Source: a virus. From it: a DNA stretch of 64,000 nt. Positions within the stretch are counted from its first letter, which is position 1, and every line of letters begins with the position of its first letter. Both the position numbers and the translations under genes were made by a program. The stretch spans positions 29,822 to 93,821 of the IMG/VR virus record IMGVR_UViG_3300009509_000031. The stretch is one strand, 5' to 3'. The notes under the pieces were generated by a model. That model ran no database searches. It was given only the letters and a program-made list of their open reading frames with translations, and was not told the origin of the DNA. Of the stretch, positions 38,994 to 47,994 are shown in pieces.

Positions 38994-41700
38994 ACCCCTT
39001 AACCTCCAAATAGCTTTGATATTCTTCTTTCTCTTCCTTACTCTGGTATTCTTCACCAAAACATTGTTGCTTCAAACATTCCACCTTCAACGGCATTTCA
39101 TACTTATGCCGGCTATCTTTTGGTAATGTATCGGCCATCCATACCACGATCTTTTCACTTGCGTCATCTGCACAACATTTGTGACAACTAAACACCAACT
39201 GATCGTGAAGTGTAAGAATGATTCTCAATCCTGGAAAGTTTGATCGTCTAATACCGTCATACACCCGTTTGGTTGCTCTTGTCATCACATCACCGGCAAT
39301 AGCTTGCACTTCAAAGTTGTAAGCTTCCCTATGCAAATGTGATAAATCAAAATCCCGCTTATCGGTTCTCAATCCGTATTTAGACAAGAACCACTGAATA
39401 CCCGGCAACCGGCGTTTTCTACCGTATACAGCACTAGTAAGCCGCCCATTCTTTTCAACAAGTGCAACCTGTTTACGTCTAAAGGCTGCTATCCTCTGAT
39501 ACTTTTCAAAATACGCATCAATGACACGTTGAACTTTTAATTGCCGTTCCTTCATCGGCATGTTCAACGGAAAACTATCAGGATTAGCTTCAGCAATTGC
39601 ATAGGCACCTCTACCGTATGGAATACCGAAGTTTGCACCCTTGGCAACAGATCGTTCATCCTTGGTAATCAGCGGTGCAATCTGTTTCCATTCTTCATCG
39701 GTGGGTTCTCGCATCAACCTAGCAACAACTGCCATTCTCGTATGCAGATCAACACCAGTTAGAAGCTCTTTAATCATGATCCTTTCATTAGCAAGCCACG
39801 CTAATACGCATAGTTCAACTTTTTCATAATCAGCAGAAAGGATCACATGATCTGGAGTATCGGGAACAAGGATTGAACGAATACAGCCGGTTCTTGGAAG
39901 TGTCTGAACCGGCGGATCATCAGCTGAAAGCCGGCCAGTTCTCGCGATGTGTATATTAAAATTTGGGTGGAATCGGTTCTTAGATTCAAGATAACGCAAA
40001 AACGCACCATCCGAATCCGTACCATCCAAATTTTTTGTTATGTAACCTTCAAACTTTCTTAATTCAATGATCGCCCTAGCGATCCTACCTGCTTTTGTCT
40101 TCTGAATAGACAGAGCTTCTAAAACAAACTTATCTGTTGATCGGTTACCGCCCCTTGTTCGTTTACGTAAATCAGCACCGGCTGCTTCTAGTAAGTTGGC
40201 AAGCTGAATAGGTGAATTAGGATTAAAGATAACAATATTACCTTTTGTATCACGAACAGTCCCAAGCAACTTGTTTGCCTGGTTCTTTATCCGTGTAAGT
40301 ATTCTTTCAGACTTCTTACGGTAATGTTTACTCAGATACAGTAACCGTTCCTTATCACACTGCAGCCCACGATATTCTGCATCAGCAAGCGGGTTGATTA
40401 GTCCCATATGCCCCTTAAACGGGCCAACCGTTTTTTCTTGCTTTAATAACTTAACTAACTTCTTTTTTATTAGCCACGTTGCATTACAGTCATAACCGCA
40501 ATAAGACCATAACAGCCGGTTTGGAACTTCCCACGTTTTGAAGATCGTTTTTTTACCGGCCGTAACCTTATACTCATCCATAACCGCATCATATTTTTTC
40601 CAACGCAAGTACCATTGACTTTGAAAGGTAAGATTATGCGGTTTGTTTTCGTCAATATTTGCATGTGCAATCAACGTATCAAACACAACGTTGAAATCAA
40701 CAATACCTGTCAATTTCCTAATATGCTTGATATCAAATTTTAAATTTTGCCCGATCAGTTTTGCTTTTAAAAAAACTTGAGTTAACCTATCAACTAAAAT
40801 CCTTCGTTGCTGTGGTGTCCAAAAATACGTCTTACCCTGTACCATCCACGGCAAGATATGACTTTCATCATCCTCAAAACAAAACCCCACACACATAATT
40901 TCTGAAGTGTGTGGGGATAGCCCCGTCGTTTCTAAATCAAACACAAAACCCGTATCAATCCGTTCTAACCGGCTCAACAGGGCTAGTGCTTTTTCAAACG
41001 TATCAGCAACCGTTATTTTTGTTGTAGGACTTTTTAACGGTTCCTTACCAGCTGCAAGCCGTTTTGCAACTAGTAGATCAAACACCACCAAATCATCGAA
41101 TTCCCAATTATGCAAACACGCATTAGGGTTATGTGTAGGAACAACCCAAAACGTGTGGGAATACGTCTTACCCTTTTTAGTTACCCATTCAATCGTATGT
41201 TTACTATAAAAACCGCGCCAACTTTTTACAGTTCTAGTGTTCTTCTTAACTGTCTGATGGCCGTTTTTCTGCGTAACAATCTCACCAAGAATCGTTTGAT
41301 ACGCAACAGAACCTAAGCATACAACCACCTTCGGTTTGTTTTTAAGTATCGATCTTAGGAGATAGCCGTAACAAGATGAGATATGATTTACGGAAGGTTT
41401 TTTTGTTCCCGGTACCCTACACCTAACAGCCGTTTCAATGCGTAGGGCTTTCCTATCAAGTCCAGATCGTTTTAAACAGTAATTTAACTTCCAACCGGAA
41501 TCACCAACAAACGGTCTAGATCTTTCTTCGTCTATCGGCCCTAGCGATTCCCCCAACAACATAATATCCGCTGTTGACGGTCCTGATCCATCGCAACAAA
41601 CGGTTTTTGATGTTTTGCAAAGATCGCATCGATTACAGGTAACACTTTGACGAAGTAATTTGATCCGGTTGATCTGTTTCGCTGTTGCTTTCGCTGGCAA
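38977..41700 (-). CDS. polA: Family A DNA polymerase with N-terminal family-4 UDG-like domain and 3'-5' exonuclease
   Basis: CNRCDL..GESLG..PFVGDSG (UDG4); FDLETTGL, QNLKFD, YCGYD (exo); TGRLS, ADY..VEL, RSVAKGANFGIPYG, LHDQ (pol). Confidence 0.93.
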   Translation of the reverse strand: MPAKATAKQINRIKLLRQSVTCNRCDLCKTSKTVCCDGSGPSTADIMLLGESLGPIDEERSRPFVGDSGWKLNYCLKRSGLDRKALRIETAVRCRVPGTKKPSVNHISSCYGYLLRSILKNKPKVVVCLGSVAYQTILGEIVTQKNGHQTVKKNTRTVKSWRGFYSKHTIEWVTKKGKTYSHTFWVVPTHNPNACLHNWEFDDLVVFDLLVAKRLAAGKEPLKSPTTKITVADTFEKALALLSRLERIDTGFVFDLETTGLSPHTSEIMCVGFCFEDDESHILPWMVQGKTYFWTPQQRRILVDRLTQVFLKAKLIGQNLKFDIKHIRKLTGIVDFNVVFDTLIAHANIDENKPHNLTFQSQWYLRWKKYDAVMDEYKVTAGKKTIFKTWEVPNRLLWSYCGYDCNATWLIKKKLVKLLKQEKTVGPFKGHMGLINPLADAEYRGLQCDKERLLYLSKHYRKKSERILTRIKNQANKLLGTVRDTKGNIVIFNPNSPIQLANLLEAAGADLRKRTRGGNRSTDKFVLEALSIQKTKAGRIARAIIELRKFEGYITKNLDGTDSDGAFLRYLESKNRFHPNFNIHIARTGRLSADDPPVQTLPRTGCIRSILVPDTPDHVILSADYEKVELCVLAWLANERIMIKELLTGVDLHTRMAVVARLMREPTDEEWKQIAPLITKDERSVAKGANFGIPYGRGAYAIAEANPDSFPLNMPMKERQLKVQRVIDAYFEKYQRIAAFRRKQVALVEKNGRLTSAVYGRKRRLPGIQWFLSKYGLRTDKRDFDLSHLHREAYNFEVQAIAGDVMTRATKRVYDGIRRSNFPGLRIILTLHDQLVFSCHKCCADDASEKIVVWMADTLPKDSRHKYEMPLKVECLKQQCFGEEYQSKEEKEEYQSYLEVKGYAKAA

Positions 41701-41730
41701 TGTAACAACCCGTCAAGTTTTCGCTAGAAA

Positions 41731-41871
41731 AATTGACACCAGATCGCCCGATTGGTGTTGGTTGCTTGCCAAATAGGAAAAGGGGGGAAAGGTGGATTGT
41801 CTCAAGCATGTGTAACGCTGTTGTTCTGGCCAATGGCCGATCATTTACAATCGGGCGATCCAGTGTCAATT
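41731..41871 (-). ncRNA. Structured RNA / polA leader: 24-bp closing stem with C/U-rich anti-SD-like loop
   Basis: Inverted repeat 41731-41754 / 41848-41871, whose two mismatches are G-U pairs only on the minus strand; inner stem UGCUUG/CAAGCA encloses UCCACCUUUCCCCCCUUUUCCU. Confidence 0.6.
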
Positions 41872-41955
41872 CAAATTTTGTAACGAATACTGCAACAACC
41901 AACGGCAACAGTCTTACCACGAACAACAACACGGATGCAAGAATTTTTTACAGGC

Positions 41956-41991
41956 AAAAAAAAAGCCCGGTATCGCAAGGATACCGGGCTT
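41956..41991 (-). terminator. Rho-independent terminator ending the early unit
   Basis: AAGCCCGGTATC-loop-GATACCGGGCTT followed by a T run on the minus strand. Confidence 0.9.
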
Positions 41992-42011
41992 GTTGGTGCA
42001 CAGAAGCAACA

Positions 42012-42470
42012 TCAATTAGGCTTATCCTCGCTTGCTTCCAAATCATCAGTACAACCGCTAAACGCACGATCTCGGAACAAGCTAACAGCGTTCAAAACAT
42101 CCTGCAACTCTTTACTATCCGTTTCAATCGCCTTCAAATGATCAAAGTATGCAGCAACCAACGGGGTTAGCATTTGAATTATCACAGGTGCTGTTGCCCA
42201 ACCTTTTACAATCACCTGGTGAATAGCTGCCCCTTCATAATCATTGGCTGGATCATCAGCTAACACCTGTGCTTTTAATTCCCACACCACTTGACTATCA
42301 ACACGAATACCTGGATTACTCGCAAGCTCTTTACAAAAGTTTACCAACTTCATCGCGGTATCCGCACACAAGATCACCCGATCCAGCAACTTACAAGTTT
42401 CGATTAACTTCCCAGCAAACTTTTTGACCCATCCCATATCCATTGCATCAACTCGCATTTCTTTTTTCAC
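42012..42470 (-). CDS. Hypothetical protein (last early gene)
   Basis: 152 aa ORF ahead of terminator. Confidence 0.7.
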   Translation of the reverse strand: MKKEMRVDAMDMGWVKKFAGKLIETCKLLDRVILCADTAMKLVNFCKELASNPGIRVDSQVVWELKAQVLADDPANDYEGAAIHQVIVKGWATAPVIIQMLTPLVAAYFDHLKAIETDSKELQDVLNAVSLFRDRAFSGCTDDLEASEDKPN

Positions 42471-42496
42471 TTACCACCATCCTTTACTTTTTGTGT

Positions 42497-42526
42497 CTTA
42501 CCACTTACCACTTACCACTTACCACT
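42497..42526. repeat. Tandem heptamer (CTTACCA)x4 next to AT-rich tract
   Basis: cttaccacttaccacttaccacttaccact seen directly. Confidence 0.85.
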
Positions 42527-42780
42527 AGATCTTGTACTTATAAGGTCTGTTACACCTTTCAAATAAGAGATAATAAGAAGATCTACTTATACTATTATAG
42601 ATATATCCAGGATCCTGTTGCTATATGCAAGTTACACGTCTTACTTCCTACTTACATAATGTACTGTATATATAGCAACACCGGTAGGTTCACAATCTTT
42701 AGAAAGCTAAATGGTGGCCCACTATTAGTTGACAACTAAACGTAATAGTGGGCCACCAGAAGTATTAGGAAAGGCGAGAA

Positions 42781-42867
42781 ACCTAATACTCCATTGAGCA
42801 CACTTGACAGAAAACAGATTGACCACGTTATTTAAAACCCGTCAAGTGTGCTCTAGCAGTGCTAGGT
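42781..42867 (-). promoter_or_regulatory. Conserved stem-loop H1 (RNase III-like processing site)
   Basis: ACCUAGCACU-GCUA-GAGCACACUUGAC...GUCAAGUGUGCUC-AAUGG-AGUAUUAGGU. Confidence 0.7.
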
Positions 42868-42868
42868 G

Positions 42869-43138
42869 TTAAAAAAAAGCTGACGGCAGTATATACCCAC
42901 AACTAGGGCACCAATCCTCAATTCTGGAAGCCACGTCTAACCATGTATCAAAACTTGCCGCTTGTAATTGTGGCCTAGACTTTCCAGCTACTTTTCCGTT
43001 GATGGGGTTGAACACAAAGATTGTTTCCATATCCTGATCACAGTTTGGGCACGTAATACTTGCATCTGTGATGATTGTCCAGACTGTAATACTATATGGG
43101 GTAACAACGTTAATAAATGTGTTTTTCCAATTAGCCAT
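42869..43138 (-). CDS. Zn-ribbon hypothetical early protein
   Basis: CPNC...CPSCG; AAGGAG RBS. Confidence 0.65.
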   Translation of the reverse strand: MANWKNTFINVVTPYSITVWTIITDASITCPNCDQDMETIFVFNPINGKVAGKSRPQLQAASFDTWLDVASRIEDWCPSCGYILPSAFF

Positions 43139-43373
43139 TAATCGGAAACTCCTTAAACAGCACGGTTTCCAGCTGTTCTTTTAGCCGGGTAATATCTGCC
43201 AAGAAAGCAGCCGTTTCAGCTGGATCGTGGGGATTAACTTGCGTTGTTCTTTGTTGTCTTCTTTTGAAGTTCCGCCTTTCTTTCTTGTAGTATTCATCCA
43301 AGCCAAGAATGATATAGGCCAGTTGTCGCTTTGTCACGTCAATTTTTCGTGTCTTATTCACTTTACCTCTCAA
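43131..43373 (-). CDS. Hypothetical early protein
   Basis: 80 aa ORF; GAGAGGT RBS candidate. Confidence 0.6.
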   Translation of the reverse strand: MRGKVNKTRKIDVTKRQLAYIILGLDEYYKKERRNFKRRQQRTTQVNPHDPAETAAFLADITRLKEQLETVLFKEFPING

Positions 43374-43514
43374 TCAAACAACAATACCGCTTGATACAGT
43401 CTAGCAGTGTTGGAGCTAAGGAACATCCCCACGATCCAGATATGTACCATAAGCCGTGCGGACGTTCCCATGGTGGACTGATCGTGATTAACTCGTGACT
43501 CCCCCTTACCGTGT

Positions 43515-43739
43515 TCATGTTAGAGCCGTTCCGCATTTAGTGCAGAGGTAGAAACCATCCCCCCTGTTAGTTATATACACCCATTTTGGGGCAGCAAAAA
43601 AATTGAAATCACACCATGACATTTCCCATTGTGGTGATCGGTTGTCACCATAGAAATCATGGGCTAGAAACGTGTTGTACTTGGCATAACACACCGGACA
43701 CGTTTTTCTATACCGCTTTTTCGTTCGTTTCTTCTTCAT
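43515..43739 (-). CDS. Zn-binding hypothetical early protein
   Basis: CPVC...CTKC; GAAAGGCG RBS. Confidence 0.65.
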   Translation of the reverse strand: MKKKRTKKRYRKTCPVCYAKYNTFLAHDFYGDNRSPQWEMSWCDFNFFAAPKWVYITNRGDGFYLCTKCGTALT

Positions 43740-43764
43740 CGTATCCCGCCTTTCCTGTTGTGGT

Positions 43765-43821
43765 TGATTGCTCCATTGAACCAACCTGGTAACCTCACCA
43801 GGTTGGCTCTAGCAGCTATCA
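43765..43821 (-). promoter_or_regulatory. Conserved stem-loop H2
   Basis: UGAUAGCU-GCUA-GAGCCAACCUGGU...ACCAGGUUGGUUC-AAUGG-AGCAAUCA. Confidence 0.7.
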
Positions 43822-45249
43822 AACACCGTAAATCTTATCCTGCACCGTTCCTTGCATCAGTTGCCCAATTTCCCAAACTTGATCAGACCACTTGTTGATC
43901 GTGCTCTTGTAGCTTGAATTCGTAAGTACAGTATAAACCGTAAATCCCAGCTCTGTTTTAGCCGCCTTAAATGCTTCATCCCAGCTTGGATCCGTGTTGC
44001 AGTAACCGTCCGTTACAAGCACAACATCAGCTTGCTTAAACTCACCATCCCGCTTGATGATAGCAACCGCATCATCCAAAGCCGCTTGAAAATTTGTCCC
44101 GCCTGCAGTCCAGTGATCCAGCATATCCATTACCCGGTTAGTATCAACCTCTTTACCAGCCGGCAAATAATCAACCCGACTAACAGTGCTGTCAAAGAAC
44201 ACAACGCCAAAGCTACGCTTCTGAATTCTGGCAACTTCCAGCATTGCAAGCACCGTAGCTTTAGTCATAATCTCGTAAGGGTTCTGTGAACCGCTTGTGT
44301 CAACACAAAACACAATTGGCCCTTGCTGCTTTTCTTCTTTACCACTAAGTTTCAACTGCAGACAGTTCTTATCCGCGTATCTCTGATAGAACATCAGTTG
44401 TTCATCTTCGTTATCACTAACCAACAACATCAGTTCCGAACCCAATAGCCGGCTAATTTCATTCCCCGTTTCAATCGAGTCAACCTCAACCCGTGCATCT
44501 TCAGACTTGTCTTTTTGCTTCTGACAAGCCAAAGCCCGTTGCCTACCGGCTTCTTTAGCAATTTGCTGAAGCTTCTTATTCTGCTTCAACCGATTAGCGT
44601 GATCCCGGTATCCAAGTTGCTTCTGAACCGGTTCACCAGGTTCTGATCCCCATGATACGGATCGGATAGCTTCGCGTTCATTTTCGATCTGTTCCATGGA
44701 TTCCTTGGCCGCATTTCTAACAGCTACCCGGATCCCAACAGGATCGATCCCGGCTGCAAGCTCTTCCTGTTCTTTCAATGCAGCCTGAAAGCTTTCCCTT
44801 GCTTCGTTCAGCTCTTTTTCAACCGGTACACCTTGTTCTTTCAGCTCTTCCAGTGTTTCAACTTCTTCTTTCAGCTTATCAACATCACGATTACTTTCCC
44901 TATGAACCAACTTATCAGCAATAGCGTTTGACAAAGCGGTTACTGCGTTACCAGCTGCAACCTCATCACCTTCAGTGTACTGTTGCAGGGATTTAAATTC
45001 CTGCAGTGCTGTCATTTCATTCAAAGCGGTTTGTTCAACTTCATATCCGGGCTTAGGTGGTTCTTCAAGCTTTTTTGTTTGTGGATCCAGCAAGCAAGAA
45101 AAGCCTTCCTGCATCACCTTAGACCAACGGGTTGACTTATTAAAGCCCTTGTTTTCTGCCTTACGAATTCCAGCATTCTGCTTTTTTTCCAGCTTATACA
45201 TCAAAGCCGGCCACCTTTTAACGTCATAAAGAATGTTTTCATCTGCCAT
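43819..45249 (-). CDS. VWA (MIDAS) domain protein, ViaA-like
   Basis: GPIVFCVDTSGS, GGTNF, VLVTDG; helical N-terminal half. Confidence 0.88.
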   Translation of the reverse strand: MADENILYDVKRWPALMYKLEKKQNAGIRKAENKGFNKSTRWSKVMQEGFSCLLDPQTKKLEEPPKPGYEVEQTALNEMTALQEFKSLQQYTEGDEVAAGNAVTALSNAIADKLVHRESNRDVDKLKEEVETLEELKEQGVPVEKELNEARESFQAALKEQEELAAGIDPVGIRVAVRNAAKESMEQIENEREAIRSVSWGSEPGEPVQKQLGYRDHANRLKQNKKLQQIAKEAGRQRALACQKQKDKSEDARVEVDSIETGNEISRLLGSELMLLVSDNEDEQLMFYQRYADKNCLQLKLSGKEEKQQGPIVFCVDTSGSQNPYEIMTKATVLAMLEVARIQKRSFGVVFFDSTVSRVDYLPAGKEVDTNRVMDMLDHWTAGGTNFQAALDDAVAIIKRDGEFKQADVVLVTDGYCNTDPSWDEAFKAAKTELGFTVYTVLTNSSYKSTINKWSDQVWEIGQLMQGTVQDKIYGV

Positions 45250-45277
45250 GGTTTCGCCTTTCGTTTTTGTTTATAGG

Positions 45278-45330
45278 TAATTGCTCTATTGAACCAACCT
45301 ATTGTGGTAGGTTGGCTCTAACAGCAATTA
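45278..45330 (-). promoter_or_regulatory. Conserved stem-loop H3
   Basis: UAAUUGCU-GUUA-GAGCCAACCUA...UAGGUUGGUUC-AAUAG-AGCAAUUA. Confidence 0.7.
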
Positions 45331-46440
45331 CTTTCGTTTCTTACTGCTTTTCTTTTTACTGCTAGCATTTCGAGCAATTTGAACAATAGTTGACTGTGGC
45401 TTAACAGGTTCTTCAACTTCAACAACAACCTTTTCAACTTCAACATCTTCAACAGTAGCCGGTTCTTCAACTTCAACAACAACCTTTTCTTTAGCTGCTT
45501 TTTGTTCTTCTGAACCCTTGTAATACCCTTCCGTAATCATCGCAGTAACAGCCTTTTTACACGTTTCCAGCCCTTTCAAGATCTGATCTGCGTTGAACCC
45601 CAACATTTCGGCGTACATCTTGCCACGTTCCTGCAGATCCTTGAATTCTTCAATCCGATTTTCCAACCGATCCTTACGTGGTGCTTTGGTTTTGAATTCT
45701 TCAATCTCTGCTTTCAGTGCTGCTAGTTCGCCCTGTAGTGCTGATTTACAATCTTTAGCCAGATCCGGTTGCTCCCCCCAAACATCCGGCAAACTCAAGT
45801 GGCTATCACCAGGGATTGCATCAAGAACCGCTTGCAGCTTGTTCAAAATGGTTCTGTACTGTTCCGGCACAAAGTACACTGCACCGGTTGGCCGGATATT
45901 CACAGCTTTCATACGCTTTAGATTACGGGTTAAGAGCCGGCTAAAATCTTGCACTGTTAGGTGGCAGTACATTGTATCAAACAAATCCCTAACCTTAGCG
46001 GCTACCTGGTACCCGTCTGTACCGTTATCTTTGCTACATACAACTGAACACGTTTCTTTGTCCAGTCTAACCTTTGCTTCACATTGGTGGGCCAGATCCT
46101 CTTGTACCTTCAACCGATCTTCACGAACAACCCCATACACCAAGTGATGATCCGTTTCATTGATTGGTCGAATTAGATAGCCGGTGTTTTCGCCTTTTTT
46201 GTTCAAGTTGCGGGATACTTCTTTAATTGTCTTACGAAAAGCAACCGTTGATCGCTGTTCTGGTGGCCCCCAATTTTCCCAGCTAAGATCCTGTTGCGCG
46301 AACAGCTCTTTAAGATCATCCCTGTGAATCATTGCACCAGTAAGCCACCAATAAGCTAAGCATCCTTTCCGTGTCCAACCCAACTTTGCCAGTTTCTTGT
46401 GTTCTGCGTTCAAGTCCCGAACAAACTTTGTTTCCGCCAT
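45328..46440 (-). CDS. DUF6744-like protein
   Basis: G.L.YW..., AFRK, IRPTGAVYFVP motif, C-terminal coiled coil; family name from recall. Confidence 0.6.
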   Translation of the reverse strand: MAETKFVRDLNAEHKKLAKLGWTRKGCLAYWWLTGAMIHRDDLKELFAQQDLSWENWGPPEQRSTVAFRKTIKEVSRNLNKKGENTGYLIRPINETDHHLVYGVVREDRLKVQEDLAHQCEAKVRLDKETCSVVCSKDNGTDGYQVAAKVRDLFDTMYCHLTVQDFSRLLTRNLKRMKAVNIRPTGAVYFVPEQYRTILNKLQAVLDAIPGDSHLSLPDVWGEQPDLAKDCKSALQGELAALKAEIEEFKTKAPRKDRLENRIEEFKDLQERGKMYAEMLGFNADQILKGLETCKKAVTAMITEGYYKGSEEQKAAKEKVVVEVEEPATVEDVEVEKVVVEVEEPVKPQSTIVQIARNASSKKKSSKKRK

Positions 46441-46468
46441 TGTTTCCGCCTTTCTTTTGTGGTTAGTA

Positions 46469-46514
46469 GCTGTTCTGTCAAGCCAACTGATTACAGCTAG
46501 CTTGACAGAACAGC
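46469..46514 (-). promoter_or_regulatory. 21-bp intergenic hairpin H5
   Basis: GCUGUUCUGUCAAGCUAGCUG-UAAU-CAGUUGGCUUGACAGAACAGC; G-U pairs on the minus strand. Confidence 0.65.
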
Positions 46515-46538
46515 CCGGTTAACGGGCTGTTCATACTG

Positions 46539-47741
46539 TTAACCAATAATCTTGTTCATCAAATTGGCTACATCCATCCGAAGATGGTTGATCTTTTCGA
46601 TCGTGTCTTTGGCTACATGATTAGGCTTACCGTTTGCCAAAGTCTCAATTTTAGAAGTAGCTTTTCTCAACCGTGTCATCACTTCTTTAATCTGAACCAG
46701 TACCTTAGCACCGTCTGCATCAACAACATTCTGGTTCAAGGGAAGTGCCCTAACTGCTTCCACGCAAGCATCAAGTGATTCTTGGCAAAGTGCTGCAAGC
46801 GGGTTTGCAATTTCTCCGACAACCTTTGAAATAGCTGCAAGCTGTTCTGGCTTGTTCCAAAGGCAATGCGGAAGAAACAACAAATCGTCTTCAGTAACTT
46901 CATTCCGCCCATGTACAAAAGCGTGTGCTTGAAGAATGTACAGAATTTTTTCCCACTTACGATCCGATACTTCAAGCCGCAGATTAGGATCGTTATACAG
47001 AGCTTTCTTGATACTAATTAAAACATCAATAATTTCTTCCGGAACATCAACAGAATCCGCGTTAGCCTGCAATGTATGCAACTCATCAAGCGTTATCGTA
47101 CAACCGGCGGTTTTGATTTTGCTAAAGCCGGCTCTTTCTGACATCAGAAACCGCTTAAAATTGTCATCAGATTTGATGTATCCAGACCATTTACGAATTG
47201 GAAAGCGATCATAAAAGGCAGCTAATGCCTTTTCATCTTCAGGAAGCTCATTAGAACACCCAACAACAAGCTCTGTTGGGGTATCAACCATCCCATCCGT
47301 TCCGTTTTGAAACTGATGTTCATTAATCAACGTTAGCATTGCGTTATTGATTGAGCTGTTACCCTTAAAAATCTCGTCCAAAAACAAGATGTGTGCTTCT
47401 GGTGCCATTCCTTTAGTGATTCGTACAAATTCACCATCACGAAATTTTGCCGGATTAACCGGGCCGAAAATTTCATTAGGCTCCGTTGTTTTCGATAGCA
47501 GGTAGTAAAACCAATCTGCATCAGTAACAGCCTTACAAAACAACTTGCTAAGCATTGTTTTTGCTGCACCCGGCTTGCCAAGAATTAGTAGGTTTTCCCG
47601 TGCAATCAGTGCAACAGCCAAACACAGAACCTCTTGTTCCTTTTCAACAGCAATGGTAGACAGCAGATCCAACAGTCTGTTAAACCTAGATCGTGCAGAT
47701 TCGTTTGTACCGGGCTGCTTCACCTTTTTCTTGTTTGCCAT
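46539..47741 (-). CDS. MoxR/RavA-family AAA+ ATPase
   Basis: GKPGAAKT, LFLDEIFKG, SNELP, AFYDRF, SDRKW. Confidence 0.92.
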   Translation of the reverse strand: MANKKKVKQPGTNESARSRFNRLLDLLSTIAVEKEQEVLCLAVALIARENLLILGKPGAAKTMLSKLFCKAVTDADWFYYLLSKTTEPNEIFGPVNPAKFRDGEFVRITKGMAPEAHILFLDEIFKGNSSINNAMLTLINEHQFQNGTDGMVDTPTELVVGCSNELPEDEKALAAFYDRFPIRKWSGYIKSDDNFKRFLMSERAGFSKIKTAGCTITLDELHTLQANADSVDVPEEIIDVLISIKKALYNDPNLRLEVSDRKWEKILYILQAHAFVHGRNEVTEDDLLFLPHCLWNKPEQLAAISKVVGEIANPLAALCQESLDACVEAVRALPLNQNVVDADGAKVLVQIKEVMTRLRKATSKIETLANGKPNHVAKDTIEKINHLRMDVANLMNKIIG

Positions 47742-47764
47742 TGGTTCGCCTTTCTTGTATTTAA

Positions 47765-47974
47765 TTAGAGAATTCCAGCACACTCCAAAACGCCCCGAAT
47801 CAGCTCTTTTGCATTACGCTTTGTAAGTTCAATCCTAGCTTCTGTCCCTTGGTTACTGCACACATGCAACATAAAAAAGCTACTACCATCACCCAACCAA
47901 GTTTGTGTGATCCAAGCCTTGCCCCTTTTCTTCTTATCCTTGTGCAGCTTTCGCATGTTCTCGCCTTTTAGCAT
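47765..47974 (-). CDS. Hypothetical early protein with duplicated RBS/start
   Basis: AAAGGCGAGAACATGC occurs twice in tandem, in frame. Confidence 0.65.
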   Translation of the reverse strand: MLKGENMRKLHKDKKKRGKAWITQTWLGDGSSFFMLHVCSNQGTEARIELTKRNAKELIRGVLECAGIL

Positions 47975-47994
47975 GTTCTCGCCTTTCGTTGTGG

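Noticed and set aside
41731-41871. Retron msr-msd, 6S RNA or MITE interpretation of the inverted repeat
   Set aside because: No reverse transcriptase or transposase in the window, no obvious target-site duplication, and the interior lacks the long apical stem of 6S; not fully excluded without a covariance search
41633-41932. 99-aa minus-strand ORF upstream of polA
   Set aside because: No RBS or motif, overlaps polA start; sequence is better explained by RNA structure
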